A stretch of 64,000 bases of DNA, from NCBI RefSeq assembly GCF_003918875.1, contig NW_025765203.1, positions 1,302,001 through 1,366,000 of the forward strand. Reading direction: 5' to 3'. A program made the position numbers and the translations under genes. Each line of letters begins with the position of its first letter. Position 1 is the stretch's first letter. The notes below the pieces were generated by a model. That model was not told where the DNA came from. It searched no databases and saw only the letters and a list, made by a program, of their open reading frames with translations. Origin of the DNA: Haliotis rubra. Taxonomy: Eukaryota. Shown here piece after piece: positions 13,101 through 25,100 of this stretch.

Positions 13101-16100
13101 GTCAATCACTGGATTGTCTGTCCCAGACTCGATTATGACAGGGTGGTCAGTCTCACTGAGTTGGTTGATGCATGTCATGGTGTCCCAATAGTGTAGACCG
13201 ATGCTTATGATGTCAATCACTTGATTGTCTGACCCAGACTTGATTATTTACAGACCGCAATCATATTGCACTACATGTATTTTTCCTTATCTTGACTCAT
13301 GATCTTTTGCTTATCTCCCTTTCCTCTTCGAATGGTAGTGGAACACTTGAATCCCTTGAAGTTCCTGAAGCGGATGTATAAATACACCCACCCACGAGTT
13401 ACCCCCCTTTGCCCTTTCCCGCGCAAACCAGTCATGTGACATGCCTTACTTGTCACTCTCTCCCTTTTCGCCAAGCGGATGGTTGGGCGAGCACTGGAGT
13501 CCCGTATACGGCATTATATCCTTTTATATTTAGATTCTATTCTTCAAAATTACGATGTAGATGGATTTGACTATAACTACTTATGTAGTATTTGGAAAAA
13601 TTAATTACATTTGAGTTGTGTTTTCATTGTTATGTAACTTTGTTTACATTTTATGAAATCTTGCAGTGATTGCAGGCATAGGTTATCCGTGGCTGATCCT
13701 CACCCCCAATGTCCTTCATGCATAAATCCATGTTCCTCCAGCTTGCGCTGTACTTATTATATTGATTTATCAATTTAATCAATATTGTCTTATAATTATA
13801 GACGTGCCATGGATCGGGTGAGAAAGTCATCTCAAGTCACGATTTATAAAACTGCAGATCAGCCTTCAAACCATTTGTTGCTTGCAACGGCCGATGTTCA
13901 TAATACTGGTGTTATGTTTAGTACGTTACAGGGGCAGTCTGCTGGTAAGGGGGCCAGGAAGAGATCGTCTACATCTCAGTCGACTCCGTCTCAGACTAAG
14001 AAAAAGACGTCATCCTCTTCTACAACGCAGAAGAAGTCAGCTGTTACCAGATCGGAGGGCAAATCTTCGCGTGCTAGGTCATCTACGCACCAGAAATCCT
14101 TCAACGAAGAGATTGTACCTCCTCACGAACTAGACGTTTTTGACGAACCCCCATTACTTCTACCTGAAGTATCTATGAGATCAGCGACTCTGTAGACCTC
14201 TACTACTAGGAGATCGTCCCCTACTACAGTCACAGCAGGACAGCTGTTGATGTACTACCTCTTACTTCTTGGAGTGAAGTTGAGGCACATTACTCATCAG
14301 CGTTCGCGAACGCTTCATTTACACCGCAGCAGCGTCAACCTATGCAGAACTTCGACCCAGGGGAATTTATGACAGAATTCACCAACCAGATGATGGCCAT
14401 GAGGGAACGTAGATTCCAGGAGGAATCGAAGGCTAGGAAAAGCCTCTCATCTACCGACACCGTGCGCAAACCCCCAGGCCTGCGCGAATCTACTCCTTTC
14501 AGATCTACACCTGAAGGCTATGTTCGCGAAGGTCTCCACAGTCGCCCAACTCTGTCATCTTGGAGGATAGAAGAGATGACACACAATCTACGTTCGCGAA
14601 CCCTCAGCATTCGCGAACATCGAAGGATCCTGCTCCTACACCTAGCCGCTCTAGGTCGAGATCTCTTATCTCGCACAGACGTTCGCGAAGCTACTCACCT
14701 CAAGCCAGACGTTCGCGAAGGGATAGCTCACCTCACAGAGGTTCGCGAAGAGATGTATCCACAGATAGAGGTTCACGGACAGAACACTCTCAAGATAGAC
14801 GTTCGCATAGGAGGAATCCTCAGATACAGGTTCGCGAAGGCAGGATGAGGGTTCGCGAAGGGAAACAGGTTCGCAGATGGATGAATCGTCAAGACATAGC
14901 TCTCATAATCAGGTAACTTCGGACTTGCAAACGGATTTCGTCTTCCCAGACTCAGAAGTTACAGCATGGATTGCTAACGGGTTGAACTTGGAGTCTCCTT
15001 CTACGGATAAAGATGAAGTCTACACTTATATGATGCGCAACAATGACTTCGATTCCGTCACAATCCCTCCGATTGAACCTATATCCAAGGTACCTTCTAA
15101 CTTATGCACAGCTTTGAGAAAGCTACAGACATCTACAAGGTTCGAGAACTCTCAGATCTACAGGCAGATAACAGCAACATAGACATCTACAGGGTTAACA
15201 AACCCTTACATCAACAGACAGGATGTTGACGTCGACTCTATTACCATACGGCTGAATAAACGAAGCAATGATGGAAACGGATGAGGTCTTATACCGGGTA
15301 GCAGATGGCCTGCGGATATTGTCGTTCACTCACTCCAACCCAACAGAGACGTACTGCATATACGCTGATGACTTCGACTCCAATATGATATCACTTATGA
15401 AGCTGACTATCCAATATGATATCGACTTATGAAGCTGATATCTTGAGCGGACGTGCAGATGATATTAACACTTTCGTCACTCAGCGTGGGGATTAGGAAC
15501 CTATCAACTAGATCCAAGAGGCGACCTTTGGAAAGGGCTTAAGGTTAACATCGCCTTCAAGTATACTTGAACGGACGTACAGATGATTGTATTAACACTC
15601 GTCACTCAGCGTGGGGATTAGGAATTATATCCTATCAACTAGATCCATACAGACATACGTCTCGACAGCCTCCTTTGTCATGCTCGGAATAAGTGATTCA
15701 TATCACTAAACAAGATTTACACTTGGAGCAACCCTTAGTCAGGAGACTTATATGAGCGGCGTAGGATTACGCGCGCTTTTACTCACAGATTTTATGGAGG
15801 CCAACTGGCTACAACACTGGTGACGTCATGCTTGAAGCTGATTGGTCCACGTCAGACAATGCCTCCCAATGACAGAGCAGGCTCCAGCATGTTTTCTCAT
15901 TGTAAACAAACCCGTTGTACGGGGGAATACTTCATCGGCAGCCTTGGAAACAGTATACAACTACGGCCTGTTATCATCATTGAAATCTAATAGATGTCTA
16001 GCCTTGACAGCAGGATAAACAATGTTTATTTTGGAAGTTGTCGCTGATAGAAGTCGGTATGAGTACATGTCCCCTGTGATGCTACATTGGAGCCAGCCTT

Positions 16101-19100
16101 GCTATAAATAGACAACGCTTCAATGTCAACACAGATCACCTGCGTATATAAGGGGAAGAATGATGTATCATCACTGCAATCAGAGGTTAGCACTTCCAAT
16201 GGAACGTCCTATCGATTGGAATATCGTAGGCTCTATGATTATTCATACGAATAACCAAGCCTATCGGCACCTATTTACAACATCGAGATCTACGCAGTGC
16301 CGGTTATCCGGAGGACGGCATACAGGTTCTTCAAAGTGCCAATCAACTCAGAGAGCAGATGAACTTCTCAATTAAGTTGCTCACGCAACTAGGATGGCTA
16401 GTGAACCTGATGGAAATTGGAGTTAGAATCAATCAAGATCTTCAATTGCTGGGAATAAGAATGATCACAATACAGGATTGAATTGTGATCCCAGAAGATC
16501 ATTGGGTCAAGATATAAGCCATGATTCAACAAACAGTCATCTCTCCGTTAACACTACGAACATGGCAAGTGCTACTCGGTCTGCTAACCTCGGCGCAGGA
16601 CTTGACGCGCATAGGAAGGTTACAACTAAGACCGCTGCAACGGTTCCTGATAAAACATCTAGACAGCGTCAACCCTATCTTGCTGCCGGAAAACCTCAAG
16701 AGGTATCTACTGTGGTGGACACACAGGTCGAACGTTTGCGAAGGGACCTATTTACAATAGCCAGCCTTCGACACACACCTCTACGCAGATGCCTCGATGC
16801 AAGGATGGGGTGCGCATCTCAACGATCAAGTGGCTTTGGGAAAGTGGTCCAAAACGGAACAACAGCTTCACATCAATCTGCTAGAGATGAAAGCAGTGAT
16901 CAACGCCTTACAACTATGGTCGAGTTTGCTGAACAACAAGATGCTGATGATCCACACGGACAACTCCACAGTGGCATTCTCCATAAACCAGCAAGGATCC
17001 ACAAGGTCTCCAAGCCTGTTGCAGCTCACATTCCAGTTGTTCCAGATCACGCAGGAAGCAAACGTCTGGATAAAGGCGTGTCACATACCCGGAGCCAAGA
17101 ACGTACTGGCAGACGCTCTCAAGACCACAACACCCGTCACCTACGGAATGGATGCTCCATCCAGAAGCGTTTCGGAACATAAGGGAGATAGGATCCCCTT
17201 GCATAGACCTGTTTGCCACGAGGTTCAACAAACAACTACAGACGTTTGTCTCGCCAGTTCCAGATCCTCAAGCCTGGGCAACAGATGCACTGAGCATGTA
17301 ATGTGGGGAAGGATTAAGCGGCTACGGCTTTTCCACCCCCGATACTACTGCCAAAAGTACTGTTCAAGATCAAACAGACTCAGACGCTACAACTGACTTT
17401 GGTCACGCCCTATTGGCCAGTGAGAGCATGGTTCCCAGACCTAATAGAAGATCTCGGAAACCCAGTAAGCAAGTTACCAGATTGGCCGAACCTGCTAATA
17501 CATCCGCGGACCAAGCAAGTCCACGGAAACCCAACAGTGTTCCAGTTACACGTGTGGACCGTATAAAAACGTGCTTGAAGAAAAGAGGATACTCCGCCAG
17601 GGCAGCCAAAGCAGTAACGCTAGCGTTACGCAGATCGACTTGCAACCTATCACGACGACAAATGGCTGAAGTTTGAGACTTATGCAAGGCGGAAAGGCTT
17701 CACAGCGATGATAGCCATTCATCCTCAAGTGGCGGAATATCTGTGTCATCTTAGACAGACCAGACATCTGAAGGGTTCGACACTATCTACACACCTCGCT
17801 GCAATCAGTACAGTGATTACCATGAAAACAGGCATCAAGTTGATGAAAGTACCAGAATTACTTGCTCTGCTGAGATCTTTTAAGCTGGAGGACCAGCAAA
17901 AGAAATTCAGAGCTCCAGCCTGGGATCTAAATGTAATTCTGCGTCATCTTACCAGTGATGTCTGCGAACCACTAGATCAGATTACGATCGAGCTGCAAAC
18001 ACAGAAGATTCTGTTCCTGCTAGCGTTAGCCACTGCAGCTCGCATATTGGAAATACATGCGCTGGACTATGGTCGAACCACATTCGACAGAGGGCAACAT
18101 AATGCAGTTCATCTAGGACTTAGATGGGACTTTATTGCCAAGAACCAGCTACCTGGTCAACCAGACAGACAGTTCCACGTACCAGCGCTGTCTACAGTCC
18201 TCGGTCCACAGGATATAGAGGACTTATCCTTGTGCCCAGTCAGAGCCCTGAAGATATATCTTCAAAAGACTGAGACGAGGAGACGAAAATTCAAACGCCT
18301 ATTCATCCCATTATCAACAGAGACTTCAGCAGAAGTCTCAAGAACGACCATATCGTTCTGGATGAGAGCCGTTATATTGAGAGCCTATAAAGCAGCAGTA
18401 CTAGAACCTCCTAGAGCTTCCAACCCACACGAAGTCAAAGCACTGGCGTCAACACTAGCTCTGCACAGAAATTGCTCTATACCGACAGCTATGGAGGGCT
18501 GCTTTTGGGAAGTCGGACACAGTGTTTGCCAACCACTACCTCCGAGACATAGCCACTGAAGACGTCTCAGGCATTCACCAATTTGGGCCTCTTGTTGTAG
18601 CACAGCAACTAACGATTCCTCAAAGGCGCTGAGTTGGAAAATCTCACCCTTTATCACGCTGACTTGTTGATAACTTTTACTAAGGAAAAGTACTAGATTG
18701 AAAGTCCATGTGCACAGTCTAAGACAGGCTAGCATGAGTGATTAAAGATCCTGTACGGGTAAAGATCTTACCTGTACGTGAAGGGATCGCAACTCATTTA
18801 TGATAAAGATCTTATCATAATCTATGGGTTGTTATAAGATATCTAGTAATAGGAGAATACTAGTTTATCTGTAGCCACATGAATCAACATGATTCAACTT
18901 GTCTGAGATTGAAGTAAGGTAAGCAGTGGTCCCCCCGAGTTAAAACAGAAGTTGGAAAAATAGGACCACGGAAATGCCGTTTCGCAGTTCCCATGGGGGG
19001 GGGGGGGGGGGATACAGGACGTATCTAAGGACAGCTGTTGAATCCAGTGGCTTGACCCACCACCTATCCGTCGGATTCTATAAGCAAAAGATCATGAGTC

Positions 19101-22100
19101 AGGATAAGGAAAAATATGTAATTTTTTAGTAAAATTGATATTTTATACTTATCCTGACTCATGACGAAGAAGCCCTCCCAACCTCCCCGTTGAAGACACT
19201 TGAGATTTCACAGCAGATCCAAGTGCATGGGCAGAAAATCAGGAGAGAGTGACAAGTAAGGCACGTCACATGACTGGTTTGCGCGGGAAAGGGCAAATCG
19301 AGGTAACTCGTGGGTGAGTGTATTTATACGTCCACTTCGGGAACTTCAAGGGATTCAAGTGTTCCACTACCATTCGAAGAGGAAAGGGAGATAAGCAAAA
19401 GGTCATGAGTCAGGATAAGTATAAAATATCAATTTTACTTAAAAAATTACATATTTAAATAAACTCTTACATCTTCTTTGTAGGATCAGGACCAGAATCT
19501 TCTGGTGTACCGAGAGGAACAAGATGATGCAGACAGTGAAACATGGCAGTTGGTCTGCTGGTGAGTTCTTCGTAAATTCATCTCTTTTATCCCTTGATAG
19601 TGTCTTTTCACCCTGAAGTATAGACCAATGGTTTATTGCTCATCAAAAGAAGCAACTGTACTAAGATCCTTTGTTTTCATTTGTTGGTTCATGTGTTTGG
19701 GGTGGGCTGTGGGGTAGCCTAGTGGTTAAAGCTTTGGCTCGTCACGCTGAAGACCCGGGTTCGAATCACCACATAGGTACATTGTGTGAAGCCCATTTCT
19801 GGTGTCCCCTGCCGTGATGTTGCTGGAATATTGCTAAAAGCGGCGTAAAACCAAACTCAGTCAGTCAGTCAGTCATGTGTTTGGGGGTTCTAGTGGTTAA
19901 AGCATTCGCTCGTCACGCTGAAGACCCGGGTTCGATTCCCCACATGGGTACAATGTGTGAAGTCCATTTCTGGTATCCCTCTGCCATGATATTACTGGAA
20001 TACTCCCAAAATTGGCATAAAAATAAACTCCCTCACTCCGCTCACCTTTATATATATTTGTGTGTGTGTGTGTGTGTCTGTTTGTGAAAATGTGATTGGT
20101 TGACATTATAAAACAAATAGTATTAAAATCCAATCGCCTGAACAATTATTTCAATATGATGTCACAGTTAGTTTAATGTCTTTTACCGGGACATGCATGA
20201 AAACAAAGAGAGATTGTTGATCATTACATCCAAGACTCATCTTAGTTTGGTTATGATTCAACTTATGTATTTAAAAAAGCTGAATCTTCTTGAATAGTTG
20301 ATTAGTTAGTATTTTGTTTGACATAAATTAGCAACTTAAAAGATATTTCAGGAGTTTGAATGAAGGTATTTTGTTCATAACATATTTGTTTCAGGTAGGT
20401 AACTGAAAATGACTGGTCCTGATGATATGAATTCTTTGTTTTGTGCTGTTCTTGTAATTCTTGCTTCCTTTTCAAAGAAGGTGTCATCTATGTTTCAGCA
20501 ACCGGGATGACTTGGCCAAGTTGATATCAAAGCTGAAGGAAGATGGGGACTTAAAGTTTGATGATATTAGTTGTGAGTGTTTTCTTATTATTGTTAATCC
20601 TCTGTCTCATCTGTATGATTGGCTCTGGGGTAGTAGGTTTAGGAGGAGGGAAGGTGAGGTGGCCTAGTTAAAGTGTTTGCTTGTCACACTGAATTCCCTA
20701 CATGGGTTCAATGTGTGAAGCCCATTTCTGGTGTCCCCTGCCGTGATATTCCTGGAATGCTTGCTTGCTCGCTCCTCCCACTCCTCCTCCTCCCACTCAC
20801 TCCTCACTCACTCCTCACTCACTCTCCTCACTCACTCACTCACTCACTCACTCACTCCCTCGCACTCTGTCTTGTCTGGAATATTGCTAAAGCGATGTAA
20901 ACCCAAACTTACTTGCTCACTCCTTTTTATATTAACCTGATTATGTACTTGATGGCATCGTTGTTGGTTCTAATTACAAGATTCTGCAAAACACTCTTAA
21001 TAATGATCACTGAGAGAGAGAATGGGGGGACTTCCACGAGGGAAATAGTCTTAAGAGTCTGGCCTGTCACAACTCAAGACATCTATGATAGATATGCACA
21101 CTTCAGACCATCTGATCATGCAGGTTGCAGAGATGAAAGATTGCTGACTGAGGTTACCCCCAAAATTCTCCCAACCATACTGTGTTACAATAATTCTACA
21201 TTTTATATGTTTGTGATACAACATCAACTTTTACAATGATTTTAATTTTTCTCGAGGCATTCTGGAGAATTCTTTAGTGTGATAAAAAATATTTGATGTT
21301 GTTTCCTTGGACACTTATCCTTATTCGTCTGTCAAGTAATCTCACATTTTCTTTCTTATGTTTTTTAAATCATATGCATACTATACTGGTAATTGTAATG
21401 ATTTATGGTCACAATCATATCCTATATTTGATCACATACACTTCCTCAAAACATATCCACCATGGTCAGTTGTTTAATTTTGTCATGTTTGTTGACAGCA
21501 TCTTCTACAAAGAGCAGCAAAGAAGGCAGTCCTGAGGCAGAAGTTAAGGAAGAGCTGAAACAGGAAGATGAGGATGGGTCAGAGGTCACGGTCAAATTGG
21601 AGAAGAGTGAGATCAAGGTCGAAGATGTCCAGATCAAACAGGAAGTAAAAGAAGAGCCAGAAAACAAGGAGGAGTCTGCTAAGGAAAGCAAGTCTGTGAA
21701 GGAGGAACAAGAAGTGTCAGAATCTCGGAAGATGTCAGTATCAAGCAAAGAAGATGAGAGTAAAAGCTCTGAAAAAGCTAAGAAAGAACAAGAAGATGAT
21801 GATTCCAAATCAAAGGATCCTGAAGAATCCAAGATAGAGAGAGAGAGCAGGAGTTAAAGAAGGAGAAAGAGGGAAAGAAGGAGGAACTAAAGAAGGATGA
21901 GAAATCTGAAAAGGAGCCTGAAGAGAAAGCCCAGGAGAAACATGGACCAGATAGGCTAGAGAGGAAGGTAGATGACACAGGTGGAACAGGACCGTCAGCT
22001 TCACCAGACACAAAGAAGGATTGCAAGGAGTCAAAAGAGCAGAAGAAAATGCCTTTAGATAAACATGACCAAGATTCTGTAAATAAGAGTCAGAAAAAAG

Positions 22101-25100
22101 AGTCAGAAAAATCTGATGACAAATCAGAAGAAAGTAAAACAAAACAATCCAAAGACAAAGGTGACAAGTCTGAAGAAAAGTCGAGTAGTGTTGTGTTAGA
22201 TGAAGAAAAGGGTAAACCTTCAAGTGATGGACAGAACAATGATATTGAATCTCCAGGTGGAAAACTCTCTGAAGCCAAAACTGTTGAGAAAACCACCTCA
22301 GAAGCGTCAAAGAGATGGTTACATCCAATGAGAAGGGAAAAGATAAGGTTTCTAATGTTGAACGAGAATCTGAATCAGAAAGCAGTAGTTCACAAAAGAA
22401 GTCAGGAGAGGTGAAAGAAAAAGAAAAATGTGAGAAAGACTGTCATCAGAAATCCGAGAAATCAGGTAATCAGGTAGAAACAGCCAAAGGTAACAGTAAA
22501 ACACAAGAACCTGTTGGAGAAAAGGATGCAAATGACGGCGCTTTGGTGAGAGTAAAGTGAATAAAGATTCAAGTTCAAAGTCTAGCGAGTCCAACTCTAC
22601 GAAAGTTCATGACACCAAATGTATGAAACAAAAAGAAAAGTTAGCTAATCCATCTATACCTGAAGCCAAAACAGAAACAGAGGATAGTACCAAGATATCT
22701 TGCAAGGGAATAACAGTGGAAGTAATAGAAAATATCGAAAGTACAGGAAAGAAAGAGGAAAAAAGTAAAGAAGAGGAGAAAACAGAACAAAAGAAAGGGA
22801 AGGAGGAAACAAAAGATGTGAAAGAGGAAACAAATGGAAAGAAAGACAAAGGAAATAAAGAGGAAACTGAAAGAGGGGAGGAGGTTAAAGTAGAAGACAA
22901 AGAAAAATGTAAAGAAAAGAAAGAGGAAGCAAAGGAAAAGATAGAACAAACGAAAGAGAAGGTAGAAGATGCGAAAGAAAAGACCTGTCAAGAGGAAGAG
23001 GATTCTTCAGATAAGCATAAAGACGTAGCCAGCTCAAGAGAAGCAGAAGAAGAACCAGAACCAGTCAAAGGAAAATTACCGACTAACAATGACAAAGAAA
23101 ACAAGACCAAAGAAGAAAGTGTAGAACAAAAGGAAACAGGTAGTGAAAAAAAAGGATGGTGAAAGTGATATTTCAAAAGACTGTGACAAATCTTCCAAAG
23201 ACAGTAAGGCACAAAAAGAGGAATCAAACATACAGACTAAAAACTCCGGCAGTTTAGCTTCAGAAGTAAAAGAACAGCATAAAGATTCTAGTGTTGATAG
23301 TGACAAAAAGTCTGACTCAAAGAAGTCGGTGAAATGTGCTAAAACAGACTCCAGTAGTGTAAGCTCAAAAGCACAGGACAATATAGAAAAAGATGGTCAT
23401 AAGAAGGCTAAGAAAAAGAAAGCTAAGTCAAAGAAAGGTAAACATGATTCTCCCAAAGAGGACAAGGATAATAAGGATGGTTCTGTAAGTGATAAGGAAG
23501 GTAATGGAAGTGATACCGTTGATGGTTGTCCAGATGTGAAAGAAACTGTTAAGGGGAAGAGTAAAAAGGCTGTCAAACAAAGTAGAAAGTCAGATAAGCC
23601 TTCCAAAGACAAAGATGTGGAGGAAAGCTGTGATGAAGATGAGGAAGAACTGTCACATCCAAAGATAATGTTTCTAGAGCCAAACGTGGGTCCAGGAAAG
23701 CCAAGAATACAAAGGGTTCTGATGAAGATGAGAAGGATGAAGATTCAGAAAAGGATGAAGACACTAAGGAAGATAAAAAGGAAGAGTCTAAGAAAAAAAG
23801 TGTACCTGAACTAAAACCACGACCAACGCCAACCAGAAGTTCTCGACGAGCCAGGAAGATGCCAGATAAATATGAAGACTTGGAGAACTTACCTTCACGG
23901 CGATCAGCTAGAAAAAGAACAGTGCCAAAAGAATCTGAGACAGCAGAAAATGGTTCATTGGATAGTGAAAATTCTAAGGATACCCCTGGTAAAACTAAAA
24001 CAGCTCGGAAACTGAAGGGCGCTAATGATGATTCTGATACTGAAGAGTATGATCATAATAAGGAGAATTCAGTGAAGCAAAAAGGAGGAAGGGGTGTGAA
24101 AAGAACAGCTGATCGTGGCACAAGGGAACCAACTGGAAAGAAAGCAAAACGAGGTGCTTCCAGAAGTCATGGTACTGCAAGGTCAAGAACAAAGCGAAAA
24201 GGAAATGTGTCTTCGTCAGAGAGTGATAGTGAAGATGTTCCTCTTAGTAAGGTGAAAGGAGGTAGAGGTCGAGGAGGAAGAGCAGCCAGAGGGGGTAGTG
24301 CTAGGGGGCGGGGCAGAGGTGGAAGAGGGGCAGCAGCAGATCCTGTTGTCACAAATGGAGACAAATCTCAAGTAAGGGTTAGACCCAAAGTTTTCTTCTT
24401 CTTATATATTTGTGTTCAGTATAGACTGAATTCCCTGTCCATGTCACCACTGTGACTTTAGTTGATGTTTGACCATGTTGGCAGTCAGATCCATTGACAG
24501 CCTTTTGCATGCTTTCAACATGTTCAAAGGTGCAATGCCTATCCTTTTATTACACCATGTAGTGCAGTGAACTCTTCTGTCACTTTATTGTATGTCAGTG
24601 CACAAAGCGTACATGCGTTTGTTAGTTGTATCATTTGGGAGTTAATTACATTAGGCATTACAAAATAGCTTTTGTTGTTTAACGTTTCTGAGTAATACAT
24701 TTTTCATGCATTTTGAGCTTGCATGCTTGAGATAACATGTACTTCTATACATTTGGCTTTTGTGAGAAAAATGAGTACTCTTATGCATATTTAAAATATG
24801 TCATGAATATATCAGTTTAGAGATGGCACATGTTTATACAAACCTTCTAACTGTATAATTGGTAACATGGTCTGAGGCATCACAGTTAGAAAAAGGTTAT
24901 CTTTGGTTCCAGCATCAAAGTCATGCATTAAGAAATAACCAGGCGTACAGCACCCCAAAACTTTCACCCTGATTTTGAACATTGTGAAATTATTTCCATA
25001 TAATCTATCACCAGAAAAAGAAACAAGTGTCAGAAACCAGCAGTGATGATTCTGACTACTGCCCAGGAAAGAAGAAGGGCAAAGGCAAGGGCCGAGGTCG

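Larger units (their letters stand above)
13278..19456 (+). mobile_element. DIRS1-type tyrosine-recombinase retrotransposon, full length (~6.2 kb), degenerate, in RSF1 intron 4
   Basis: Inverted terminal repeats at 13278-13463 and 19242-19456 (right one with 3' extension), and an internal complementary region at 19081-19165. Coding remnants: gag zinc finger, RT, RNase H, Dam-like methyltransferase and tyrosine recombinase. TATTT is shared at both junctions. Confidence 0.95.

Noticed and set aside
15380-15650. Short direct duplications inside the DIRS element as functional repeats
   Set aside because: They are irregular and lie in the most degraded part of the element, so they are likely decay or consensus artefacts.
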